The notes below the pieces were generated by a model. The model was not told the origin of the DNA and made no database searches. It worked only from the letters and a program-made list of their open reading frames with translations. A DNA stretch of 52,503 nt, counting the filler, from Sphacelaria rigidula (lineage: Eukaryota): NCBI GenBank assembly GCA_964200075.2. It is 3 parts of 3 records of this genome, joined end to end, with 100 filler letters (N's around TTAATTAATTAA, not from the genome) between each part and the next. Parts side by side here need not be neighbours in the genome. Positions count along the whole stretch, not along the records: positions 17,540 to 34,973 come from CAXNAA020001085.1; positions 35,074 to 52,503 come from CAXNAA020001086.1; 1 more part is not named here. One strand, written 5' to 3'. Positions 25,300-36,942 of this stretch are shown here, piece by piece. Every line of letters begins with the position of its first letter. The stretch's first letter is position 1. The position numbers and the translations under genes were made by a program.

Positions 25300-25540
25300 G
25301 TTCGTGTCACGTTTCCCACCACCACCCCAAAAATCATGCCGCGACGGAGTCAAAAGAAGTGGACAGAGGGTAAGATCACAACAAAAGCGATATGCAGCTG
25401 CCGTATGTATCTGAAGCTACGTTCTCACCGCAGTCTGGGCCAATGCCATCCAGCACAGCTCACAAACCAGCGATGGATACCCATGAAAAAAGTTGGGGAT
25501 ATTTGTTCAAGCGAAAAAGTCATTTTCCAGCATGCCCGTA
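25300..25540 (+). repeat. Dispersed repeat, paired with 51640-51880
   Basis: Collinear blocks caccacccca, atgtatctgaagctac, agcgatgg, aaaaaagttgg and gtcattttccag occur in both copies. Confidence 0.7.
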
Positions 25541-27706
25541 CTTCACGCGACAGAGGATTACTCACTACTGACGACTGTGACGAAGCCGAAACTCTAGAGG
25601 GAGATACAATGAGCTACTAGCCGTCGTTCAAGACAAGGAGCGTTTCAATTGACTGTCGAGATAGTGCAGTATATGCAGTAGACGATCTTCCCTTTCAACT
25701 TTTTATTCTTCGGCAAGGGTCCGCGCCACCAGAAACTAGAGGACTGGTAGACATGCGTCTTAGCTACACCGAACAACTTGATTTGTGTGTGGAGCTGCAG
25801 TGTGTACCGAGATATTGCCATCTCAGAGGCGGGTGTTAGTACATGCGAGATGCGGCGAAAAATAACATCGGATCACAGAGATATCCAAAATCAACCGGTG
25901 GTAATTGCGTCGCATTCAGTTCGTTTCAAGTGTCGGGGATCGCGGATATCCTCCCGCAGTCATATATTTTACCTTCAACATTGCTCGCCTGTAGGAAGGA
26001 CGTGACAGACATGTGCATGTCGTTGTCGCTGGACTGGCGATTCGCGCGCGTTGACGGGATCGCCGTGCTAGATATAACGCGCACACACATACTTGCTGCC
26101 GATTCGTCGTGCCGTCAGAACTGCCGATCATCAAAATTGAGGATGGAGCATACCGCTGATGATGATAACCCGGAAGAATCAAAACCTTTTTATCCACGAC
26201 TATTGTTCGAACTATGGTTTCACTCGTCCGACTCAGGTAGATATTAATATCGATAACTAATACACGTCATGCAAATTCGATTTCGATAACCGACATTTCG
26301 GGGTCTACGTAAAAAATCTTTAGTGGAGAAAATCGGTGATTCCGTCTCGTAATCTCTCTGGAATTTTTATTTCACATCAGATCCCAAATATGCGGCTACC
26401 GGGATCCAAATATGATCAGCGTGGGGTAAATAGGGTTAACTTCCAGCGTACAATGGAATACTACGAAATTCCGAAGAGATGGTGTAGTCACAAAGATAGT
26501 AGTTTTCCGGTTTTTCATCATCAATGGAAAGCTCCATCCTCAGATTTGATGATCGACTAACGGTGAGACCGTAACCTCTCGGAATCAAAAGGGCGGTACG
26601 GCGGTAAGGGGGCCAACGTGTGTTTCGGGGGGCAGGTGGTTACATGGACCGCCCGAATCGGTTCAGGCGGAGGTTCAGGAGGAGGCATGTGGAGGAGAGA
26701 GGGACGAACAAGATTATCCCATGCATTTCTCTCAATGTTCAGTATGTGGTCCATATCACCGATTCTTGGCAGGTCGCAGGCTGAGGAGGACGCTATCGGT
26801 ACCAACCAGCGTGCAGAGGTTATCCGTGTGCGGTAATCATGCTGCACAGTACTAAGAAAAATCAAGTTCAGTATCATCGTTTGCTGCCGATTCGTCTTTG
26901 GCGGCGACACACGCGTGCGATTCACGTCAATATATTCAGCTAAGGGCGTTGCCAGACTACTCGCTAAACACTTGTGCACCCAAGGGCATGTCGCACCATG
27001 CACTTGACACCTTAACCATGCACACCAGGAACGGTAAATAACTGCGTCATGTAGAAGATAACATCCACTAAAGGTATTGCAGATGTAGGCGTGAAACATA
27101 TCTACAGAGAGCATGCCTCCAAATCACCCAACAGACTATCCATTATTACAGATCTAGGCATGCAACGTATCTGCAGAAGGCATGCCTCCAAATTTCCAAA
27201 CAGACCCAATCAAAACGCGAGATCATCATCATGGCCGTAACCCGCTTCCGATGCCGATTTCTCACCGTTGTTTCCGGACCAACTACGGATTTCTCACAGC
27301 CCAGGCAGTGCCTGGACATCCACGTTCTTTTTTGGAAGATAGGCTACTACAACTGCAATGTAGTGGGAAATAACATGGGAACATGCGTACGATAGCGACG
27401 CTCCCCGTTTTGCCGACTTGGAGGTGTTCGCGGTATGGCTAGTCAGTCAGACAACCTGCTATTGTACGTGCCCTCTTTGCGTGAACCTTCATTTGTCCCG
27501 TCGGTACTTGAGACGAGGAGATGTGGCTGCTACTTCTTGCCTGAATGTTCATCACCTGCATCCCATCAGTAACGTTATTCGTTAAAGGACATACAGTGTA
27601 CCGTGGGCTTTCAATACCCCATTGCTGCTTACTGAATGCAGACGGCAGATAATTATGAGTGTTGGTTACTTTCGCCAAGGTGCTTCGCATAGAGTGAAGT
27701 ACTCTT

Positions 27707-27806
27707 TATTATTATGATTATTATTGTTATTTGTGTTGTTATTATTTCCGCACATTAGTCCGATCTCTCGAACCCGTGGTCACAGATGTAGGCTCGTCTT
27801 TCCAAT
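27707..27806 (-). mobile_element. LINE-B-type 3' end
   Basis: Reverse complement tattggaaagacgagcctacatctgtgaccacgggttcgagagatcggactaatgtgcggaaa(taa)n; matches 15124-15200. Confidence 0.8.
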
Positions 27807-28065
27807 ACCGTCCGTGCTATTCTAGCAATTCTGTATTTCGAGAGTATTTTTCAGCCCTCAGCATCTGGAGGACTTGCTGTACCTGCAGTCAAACACTATC
27901 GAAAGCACCGAGTAAAGTGTTCCACAGTAACCGGAGTATCGATCGCCAACATTATTGCGTACGAGTATTACAGAGTTGTCGGGAGTATGGACACCCCTCA
28001 GGTTCCCTATCTTGAGCACTTCTGTTGCTCTACAATATCTTGCTATCATCTCATACCGTGAGAAC

Positions 28066-28510
28066 CCCTTCGAAACCCTTCGTGCACCGGGCCTCATTTC
28101 GGAACAATATTTAACTCCTTTGCAACCGTTTGAGCACCAGGTCTCATTTCGGAACAACATATGAATCTTTCGAAATCCCTCGAGTGTCAGGCCTCCTATC
28201 GGAACAGTATTTGACTCCTTCGAAACCCATTGAGCACTAGGTCTCCTTTCGGAACAATATCTAGCTCCTTTGAACCTCCCTGAGCACCAGGTCTCATGGC
28301 GGAACAACATCTAACTCCTTTAAAACCCACTGAGCACCAGGTCTCCCTGCGGAACAATATCTACCTCCTTCGAAACCGTTGAGTACCAGGTCTCCTCTCG
28401 GAACTATATCTAACTCCTTCGAAACCCCTTGGGCACCAGGTCTCCTTGCGGAACAATATCTACCTCCTTCGAAACCGTTGAGTACCAGGTCTCCTCTCGG
28501 AATAATATTA
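28066..28510. repeat. ~49-50-bp minisatellite, ~9 units
   Basis: Consensus ggaacaatatctaactccttcgaaaccnttgagcaccaggtctcctttc. Confidence 0.9.
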
Positions 28511-29371
28511 ACGACCGACTTTTATTGCCGCCAGCCCCGAAGCTGTAGCTCAGCGTCTCCTCTCTGTTTGCCACCATCTTCCCCAACGACAGCCTACCGT
28601 GTACGTGCTGCATACACTTCGCGGTCCCCATTCCCAAAGCGCTTCTTTTTGATATTTGCAGTGCTCGACCTGGAGTCCACACATGTCATCTGCCGCATAC
28701 TGGATCAGTACAGTTTCCGCGGACTGGTCGACAAAGTGCATGGTTGAAACAAATACCTGGTTTTAATGTAGACGGTCACAGTTGGATCTTCAGGGGCTGA
28801 CAGTCCCTGGCGCGCGCACAACATGCGCAGGAGGTGTTATGGCTCAAATTGGCGCCTACCGCGCCTAGATAGGCTCTGTCAACGCACGCTTTTACCTAGA
28901 TCATGGTACTCACCCCCCTTGCCCGAGGGTTCCGGTTTGCCTGGGGTCTGGGTTGGCGTTAGCGTTATAGTATTGTTAGCGTTAGCGTTACAGGTGGCGC
29001 CAGTACTTGAGAACCGCCTGTTTTACACGAGGCTCGAGGCTCATTTCCTCTGTAGGGCAACCAACAGCGACTTGACAGCATCGTAGTGGAGGGCTTCTTA
29101 CCGGCGTCACAATTTGTGCACAAGTTCCTATATATTGATACTTTTGAGGCCTAAGTTCTCAGATGCCAAGTTTTTCAGTGGTGACTCCACCCGTAGCGTT
29201 AGCGCTAGCCTTAACTGTAAATACTGTAAAACGATGTATGCTGATACCTGACGTGCGTTTCGGACCCGAGAATATGCCCCCCCCGTGATGGCAGCACCTA
29301 CCTCCCGCCCCGCCCTCCTTGGTGTCGCTATTTTCCCACAACTGTGAAATAGGGTCACGAGAAGAGCAGCC

Positions 29372-29458
29372 ATGGTCGAAGAGCACGGCAGAGGAAAGCG
29401 CGAAAGGAGGAAGCCTCAGCCCACGTACGATGTGGACGCAATTGCGGGCAGCAATAGG
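29372..29458 (+). CDS. Nuclear protein exon 1
   Basis: gcagccATG start, MVEEHGRGKRERRKPQPTYDVDAIAGSNR|gtgagt. Confidence 0.7.
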
Positions 29459-31824
29459 GTGAGTCGCTCATATGTCATCGGGGATGTGGATTGGAACACA
29501 GTCTATTCATACAGAGGTTTGTAGAGTGTTTTTGCGCGAACATATACTTTATGGCATTCATTTTGAGACGCGTGTCACCTCACTACCCGGTGGTATTCAT
29601 ATACAACTGGGTACGCGTCCTCGAAGTACTGGGTACTCCGAGTTTCTAGCATGCCGCCCGCCAAAAATAGTCAGTTATTCAGGATACGCAGGGTATCGTC
29701 TCCCCAAAAGTACTGAGTACCTAGCGGTACCTCGGGCATCTTCCCCCCGAAATACCCGGTATGGTGCCCGCGGTACTGGGTACGAGTACTGAGTAATCCG
29801 GGTAGCCATGATATCGACCCCACAAGATTGTTGGCTTTTTTTTTCTTTATACTTTCATCGTGACCGGGTTTTTGTTTTCGCCCTCCTCCTTTCCTCCCCC
29901 ACCCCCCTCGTGTAGAAAGGGATGTATGGTCAGTGGTCAAACGACTAAGGCAAGCAACAAATGATTACGCCCCCTCCCGTCCCCCCTCCCCCTCTCCGTC
30001 TCGAAAGGGATGCGTGGTCAATGGTCAAACGAGTAAGGCAAGCAACAAATGAGTACGCCCCCCCTCCCCCTCCTTTCCTTTGGCTGTCATTGTTGTCCAT
30101 CTTGGTACGATTTTGTTTCGCTTCGTTTCCCCCGTTTCCGAGGCTTCTTCTGTGACTGGTATCGTATTATTTACCTCGGAGACGTGTCAAACAACTCAGG
30201 GTATCTACTGTCGAAAATACTCGGTAGTTGAGGGTACTCATGATAGAGACAACCAACGGCACCCAGTCTTGCAGAGTACCCTGGGCAACGACACTCGCCA
30301 AGACCCCACTTTGTACTCTAACCGGACCCACGTAACTTCAGCCCTTTTGGAGCCGTTGATGGGAAAGTGACGATTTACGATTGACGTTGTCTTGGGCAAG
30401 ATATGATTGTTATTTTTCTACAAGTGTTGATCATGCAGACCACCAAAACGGAGCACCATTCTCAGTTTGAGTATACTTGTGTGACAGATTCGTGCACCGA
30501 ACCTGAACTGACGTTTTCCCGGCGAGGAAAGGTCGCATATGGGACTTTGGATTGTTTTTCGAGAGTTCCGAAAGGGTTAATATATGTGCACATCTGATTA
30601 ATGTGTTTGATCTGTGCATTGTCTCTCGAAGACAGCGGTGATGATCCAACAGTGTCAAGGATTCGTCAATGTGTTAGGATCCAACAGTCTCAAGGTACTA
30701 AATTCCGGATCCTGTGGTTCACAATTTTTCCCCCACGGAAAGTATTGTAGCATGCCTCTTTTATGATGGAGCGATATTCTTCGTCACGAATGGCCGAAGT
30801 ATACACGAAACATCGCTCCTTCTTGCGGCATACCTTTTTCATTAACGAACCTGATCGATCATGTACCTTTTTTCATGACGAATGTCATCGTGTACCTTGA
30901 TGTGACGACCGTCATGATGTACTTTTTTTGTTGGCAAACAGAAGAGTGCACCCATGTCCGACGAGAAGCAACATGAAGAGGTCGCCGGCACCAAACGCAG
31001 GAGAGCAAGCCCAGGTGAGCCTCTCACGAAACACTGGGCAATGATGACATTGGGCAATGACTACTTTCCACTATCCACTGAACAACGACGATACCGAGCG
31101 ATGGCGACCGTGCACTGAACAGTGACGACAATGGAACAGTTACAAATGCGCTGTCGAAAACGACACTGAGCGATGATCGCTGGGCACTGGACAATGACAA
31201 CACTTGATAATGACTGCTGGAAATTGAAAAATGACGATACTGGATAATGACAACTGGGCACTGAACAATTATGGCACTGGACAATTACTACTGGACATTG
31301 AACAATAAAAACGCTGGAAGATAGGTACGCTGCAAGATGACAACACTGGACACTAAACAACTAGGACGCTGTGCCATTGCCTTCGGCTTGCTACACGTTC
31401 GAAAATAACAGAAAAACACCCTGCGGGGCTAGATAGTGACGACCCACGGGCGACCAAACAAGGTACATGGGGTTTGTCATGGTCCATGTCGTGACCCCTA
31501 GGCAACGGAGCTTGTCGGTCATCATTGCCCTATGAAATGATTATTCTCGTCCGTGCTATTTCTAGTTGTCATCGTAGCATGATGATTTTTCATTATAGTT
31601 CATTTCCTCATCATAATTGTTCTTGTTATCCGTTTAGGTTATTATTGTAGCGCTCGTGGGTGAGATATTCATGCCCGATAGTATTTTCCCCCAAATAGCA
31701 TCCACTGCCTTCTCCGTTTTTTCACTTTTTTTTTCTGCACGGCCTTCTTAGCTGAAGCTATGAAGCCATGCTGCAGTGACCGGCCTTTCTCGTTTATTAG
31801 CATACTATCATTATGATGATGATT

Positions 31825-31899
<75 letters not shown>

Positions 31900-34172
31900 A
31901 TCAACAAGTTTTCGACTGCCATCTACTCCGGAGTATCAATCTAGACGATTCTCTTCATCGGGACCAGTTGGTTGTTTTCTTGTTCATGTCGTATCATTTC
32001 CTTTTCTTTTTTTCGTTTTTTCCGTTTTCTTTCTCTCGCCCTATTCTGTTTCAGCTGCCGCAAAGGGGAAAAAGGGCCGCGGCAGGCCCAAGGCTAAGGA
32101 TGTGGAGAATGACGCCATGGAGGAGGACCACGAAATGGATGATGACGTAAGATCGTATGTCCGCCGGATTTTGTGGTGAAAACACAAGGAAGATGCGAAC
32201 CACACCTTCTCGATCGCTTGTGCTCCGCGACTCTTACTTGAAGCGTAGCCCCTGTCGCGACTTGTATCACCCAGTCTTGCAGGTGAACTTTCGTTTGGCC
32301 GTGTTGTTCAGGGGAGTTCGGAATACGCGCGGTTGTTTGGCTGGAAGACAAGACGTCCACATAGAAACGGCGGGTCTAAGCCGGACAGACTATTTCCATA
32401 CACGTCTACTTCAAAGTGGTTTTCTGTCTCGGATGTTCGGGTGTATTCAGTAGGGTGTGAAATTTTTCACTTACATCAGTCACAGAGCTGTCGGGTGCCG
32501 GTGTGAAAATCCTACAGAATTCACAGATCCTGTCGGATATGATGTAGAAGTTGCACATAAACCCTTACCCACAACCGGGTGTTTTTAGACGGGTGCATCC
32601 GTACCCCGGGTAAGAGTAAATATTTCGTGCAGATGTCGCAGAACTGTCGGGTACCGGTACATGGGGGAGGGGGGGGGGGGGGGGGGGGTACTCATTTTTT
32701 GCTTGCCTTAGTCGTTTGGCCATTGACCACGCACCCCTTTCGAGACGGAGCAACCGGTGTATGGCGGGCTTACATAACTGAATTAATTGGCGGTTACACG
32801 GGTGATACCCGGGTGAATACCTCATGTATACAAGATTCGCATCCTACAGAACATGACCTTGCATATGTATACCCATATTATACAGTCGGTACGGTACAGT
32901 AGAGGGTAATACAGAGTAAAGTACAGCAATCTCCGCGGGATACGCGGAGGTGTTCGGAGTGGGGTAATTGTGCTGATGGACCCCTTCGGAACATACAGCC
33001 AGCCGCGAGTGCTATGCTGTGTAATGACACAAGTACGGCCGATAATCTCAACCCACCCGTTTTTTTTTCAAGTCTTAGTCTACTAGGTCGTTCTGTTCGA
33101 CTTTTTTTCTTTCTTGTTCCTTGTTTCCTTCAGTGAGTCTTTCAGTTTTGTTTTTCCTAGGTACGTACGTCTATCATGCGACCGCGGCTGAACCCCTGGG
33201 GGGTCAGTTCAAGTGCGACAATCAATCAAAATCAAACTAGCTTAACCGTAGACATGGTCTACTGTGCCTGTCATACTCTACTCTGAAGAAGAAAAAAATG
33301 TCTTTGTGTCTGATTTGGCACCAAGAGGTCATGAGAGGGTCATTGACGCGCAGAATTGCCGTACTCAACTCCAAATTGCGGCACTCACAGAGTTGAGACA
33401 TTCCTGTGTTCCCCGACGGGAGAAATAATGAGATGGTTGTCATGACGCAAGCTGAGAGTCACTATCGTCCCCAAACATCAGACGTTGAAAATTCCATGAA
33501 AGCGTCGAACGTTAAAATGTCCGCCTGAAGGGAGGTACCCCTCATGGCCACCTGTGGGTTTTCGAGTGACACAAAGCTTGAGCTGCGTTCTCTTTGGCGG
33601 GAATCACTGTCACTCGAGCTACTCAAAACTTGAGCTACTCCCGTGTTTTTTCAACAGTTGTTTTCAGGATTTTGTTTGTTTTTACCGTTTTTCTCTGACC
33701 GTGTTTTTCTTGGCCATTTTTTTCACCGTTTTTCTTCTGACCATTTTTTTTCGCAAGATGGTGTTTATGTTAATGGACAACCGTGCTGCGCTCGGATACA
33801 TTTTTATACGGGTCTGAGAAACACGCGTCGGGCTGATATGAACAGTTTTTGGGGTGAACGCTGTAAAAACCCACCCATCTGTCGTTGAAAAAATAGCACC
33901 TCTAAATCCACACTTGTATATCGCCAGTCGCAAAAGGGTTAACCGTCTTTTCTTTTTGTCCCACGTTTCTATACAGGAACAAGGGGGGGAGCAGGAGCAG
34001 GGTGATGACGATGACGAGGACCATGACAACGACGCATACGAAGACGTGCCATCGTCCAAGAGACGGAAAACTGGAAGGACACCCCAGAAACGCCGTGCTT
34101 CAGACCCGGCGCCCGCGAAAAAATCGAATACCGCCTCTTTGGCTGGAAAACCCCAGGGCAGGAAGTCCACAG
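29372..34172 (+). CDS. 5' part of a multi-exon gene for a charged, low-complexity nuclear protein with an AT-hook; 3' part not visible (probably lost in the gap at 34974)
   Basis: Four GT-AG exons in consistent phase (0,1,0,1): 29372-29458, 30942-31014, 32055-32146, 33977-34172. Contains NLS-like KRRR/KRRK, GRGRPK and acidic tracts; no stop codon is reached. Confidence 0.75.
29908..30070 (+). mobile_element. Two tandem LINE-C 3'-end copies with C-rich tails
   Basis: Two copies of gaaagggatgcgtggtcaatggtcaaacgactaaggcaagcaacaaatgagtacg(c)n lying within a C-rich tract. Confidence 0.8.
30942..31014 (+). CDS. Nuclear protein exon 2
   Basis: aaacag|KSAPMSDEKQHEEVAGTKRRRASP|gtgagc. Confidence 0.72.
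31033..31360. repeat. Degenerate short-unit tandem repeat
   Basis: Recurrent cactg(g/a)acaatga(c) units. Confidence 0.6.
31827..31898. repeat. Compound (GTT)n(GTTGTC)n microsatellite
   Basis: Visible directly in the sequence. Confidence 0.92.
32055..32146 (+). CDS. Nuclear protein exon 3 (AT-hook)
   Basis: Pyrimidine tract + tttcag|AAAKGKKGRGRPKAKDVENDAMEEDHEMDDD|gtaaga. Confidence 0.78.
32430..32880 (+). repeat. Dispersed repeat, second copy of the 1585-1830 family, interrupted by a LINE-C tail
   Basis: cacagagctgtcgggtgccggtgtgaaaatcctacagaattcacaga and related units. Confidence 0.6.
32663..32752 (-). mobile_element. LINE-C 3'-end copy with poly(C) tail, nested in another repeat
   Basis: G-run + tactcattttttgcttgccttagtcgtttggccattgaccacgcacccctttcgagacgg; flanks accggtacatggggg / accggtgtatggcgg (12/15 identical, TSD-like). 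Confidence 0.8.
33060..33236 (+). mobile_element. 5'-truncated LINE-A-type 3' end
   Basis: tacgtctatcatgcgaccgcggctg...ctggggggtcagttcaagtgcgacaatcaatcaaaatcaaa matches the LINE-A terminus. Confidence 0.75.
33977..34172 (+). CDS. Nuclear protein exon 4
   Basis: atacag|EQGGEQEQGDDDDEDHDNDAYEDVPSSKRRKTGRTPQKRRASDPAPAKKSNTASLAGKPQGRKST|gtgata. Confidence 0.78.
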
Positions 34173-34490
34173 GTGATACATTTTTCATGTATATTTTTAC
34201 ACGTACATACGTACATATATATATATATATGTACCTTCATAAATACATCGAAACATACAGCTTGTCGCGCGCCGGTGATATTAATTACACAACTCCACCC
34301 CGTGGATATCGATATTAGGTTCTATTGTCAAATACTGTACTACTGCGTACAGAATGGTATCTGTTGTCTATCGCAATAGACGCAATAATCGATACTGTAC
34401 GCAGTACAGTATTTAGCCGTGTAATGTAGTGCCATCATCCAAGGTGTGCAAAACTGAACCTCAAATCGGTTGGAGTCCCGTCAGATGCGG

Positions 34491-34973
34491 TGATTTGATT
34501 TGATTTGATTGATGATCGCACTTTCACTGATCCCCAAGCTAGTCATGATCCAGCCGTGGTCATTGCAGTATCCACATGATACCCGACGCCCGGATGGGTA
34601 TGGCTGGGTGTGACTCGTGTACAGAGTCAAGCTGGGGGACACTGTAGGACGTTTGCTCGGTGAGGCACACTCTCCTTTCGACTCCGAGCCTGCCTGGGTG
34701 GGGGGGCACTCCCACCTTGGTGCCTACCCCTACATCCGAGGTGTGCACGAGATGTACTGCTGATTTTATTTCGCAAGTTCCTCCGCACCCGCCCCAGGAG
34801 ATGACTGTTCGGGCCAATGCCAATGCTAGGGGCCCGGTTAGCGGATTTGTGCTATACTTTGTGCGGGGGTACACATGCGTTCGCGACCGTTCGAACGGAC
34901 GCGCGATCGCGGTGGTCCTGCAATGTTTCCGGCGGGCATGAACATTTCGAGAGAGGACATATTCTCACGAGGG
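34491..34973 (-). mobile_element. SINE-like element with LINE-A-type tail, 5' end cut by the gap
   Basis: Minus strand ends gaccacggctggatcatgactagcttggggatcagtgaaagtgcgatcatcaatc(aaatc)n; the body is GC-rich and unlike the LINE-A 3' UTR. Confidence 0.65.
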
Positions 34974-35073
34974 NNNNNNNNNNNNNNNNNNNNNNNNNNN
35001 NNNNNNNNNNNNNNNNNTTAATTAATTAANNNNNNNNNNNNNNNNNNNNNNNNNNNNNNNNNNNNNNNNNNNN
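34974..35073. other. Artificial assembly spacer
   Basis: N44-TTAATTAATTAA-N44, identical to the first spacer. Confidence 0.97.
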
Positions 35074-35331
35074 CTCCCCACGCCGTACCGACAAGACCGG
35101 TCATGGCCTTCGTCGGAGGACGGGGAACGGAGGACAAATACTAGAACGCCCTATGTCAGTGGAAAAGTTAAAAAAAAAAAAAATCAACCTTACCCACTTT
35201 ATTTTGTTAATTATGCCTTAGAGAGCGCCCTCACAAGATTTCAATACACAAGCACCAAACGTGGGCCGGTAAATGGCCTGCAAAATACTGTTCCGAATTT
35301 CTTCTGACCCTGTCACTAAACAGCTCATAAA

Positions 35332-35585
35332 ACGGCCAATACTTGGAGTTGGACCCTGAAATTTGGTATGGACAGTAAGTTAAGCATAACAAAAAAAAAA
35401 TACTGGCGCACACAAGGTTTTTTTCTTCTCATGAGTGGAGGGCAATACTCAGTTTTCAGGTATCGGTAAAATGCCCTTAACTCATGAAAAAAATAATAAC
35501 CTTGTGTGCGCCAGTATTTTTCCATTATTATGCCCTACTCATTGTCCATACCAAATTTCAGGGTCAAACTCCAAGTATTGGCCGT
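35332..35585. repeat. Inverted repeat / fold-back, ~113-bp arms, ~27-nt loop
   Basis: acggccaatacttggagttggaccctgaaatttggtatggaca...aatactggcgcacacaaggtt...tcatgagt is mirrored at 35472-35585. Confidence 0.85.
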
Positions 35586-36818
35586 ATAACGGGCCTGCAA
35601 ACTGCAGAATCGCTTCTCGGCTGGCCCGGCTCGTAGCTCGCGAGCGTTCTTGTACAGCCCGACCATTCACACATGTCAACTCTGGGGTGGGGGGCACTTG
35701 TGTTACGTGGTCATGTATCCACAATAAATGGCCCATGATTGAAGATTTCCGGTGTGCAGGAGTAGATCATCACGTGAATATGGGAAAATATGCTTTCATT
35801 TTTAGTCTCGTGAAAATGCTGCTGTGACCACTCCGCTTCCTCGGGACGAGTTCATGACCTCAAGGGATCCACCCATCTCTCCCGTGGTACCAGCCTGACA
35901 CTTGGATAGCAGCTATTCGATCAGCACTTATGCGTCCTCTCGCTGTCAACGTCGCGAGGATTTTGCTCAAGAAACACGGCATCTGTCGAGATTCGAAGTT
36001 TGACCCTTCCGTTTTCTAGCTGGCGTACCAGTCAAGCCCAAGGGACTCTGAAGGGTTGACCATATACTCGCGAACGGGATCGAGCTCCAGAAGGGTCAGC
36101 GATGATATTGATGGTATTAATTATAAATCGTTTGGTCCATTCCGTGCCTTCAGTCGGCAAGTTCGGCCGGCAGGTACATGCATGGTAAAGTCTCGTGTTG
36201 TACTGCATATATATAGATATATATTTGCATGTGTCTACTTCTCTACTATGGTATACGCTAATAAGTTTTACTTTTATTGGAAGACGAAAAACGCGTTATT
36301 CAGCATACCGTTGTCCGCCTAGATCATATGAGCTGACTCCATCACGCTACAATCTCAAAACTCTCCATGGTACACAACTACACTGAAAGTTCTGACTCCG
36401 AATGTTCCACCTCAACCCGTCCGTCACCTACACTCGCTAGACCGAACTCTAAAAACAAAGCTTCCCTCAAAGGCACATCCAGCCGCACCGGCAGCATGCA
36501 ATACCCTCACTCGGAATGATCTCCGATGACGAACGGTTTGTGCAAAGCCAACACGGTGTTCCCTACAAGAGATTTTCCCCTGTGACTCAAAAAATAGGGG
36601 GTGTCATTCGTAGCTACAGTTCCGCAGTAGTAAACTTCCGCTCGGCAACATACGCCCTACAGAGAAACAGTTCTCAGTGCCTGAGACTTCGGCCGCGACA
36701 TGCACAGACAAGATGCAGGTTTCCTGTCCTGAGTCAAGCGAGGAAATTCACCCCAACAAGATGATTCCTCAAGGCTCATAGGCGATCGTAGCCTGAATGC
36801 CGTCTATCCACCCGACCC

Positions 36819-36942
36819 TCAGGCCTTCCTGCCCTTCTTCGGGTCGTAGAGGTCGTGAGTGCCTAGCTCGAGCAGAGTCGAGAACGCCTTTGCGAAGTCC
36901 TTGAAGAACAATTGGTCATCATCAGCATACATGTCCACGAAC
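36819..36942 (-). CDS. Peroxidase exon 8 (terminal coding exon)
   Basis: catcag|[43 protein letters not shown]. Confidence 0.95.

Noticed and set aside
28066-28510. Regularly spaced ~50-bp repeats resembling a CRISPR array
   Set aside because: Units are homologous along their whole length with no unique spacers, there are no cas genes, and the context is eukaryotic: a minisatellite.
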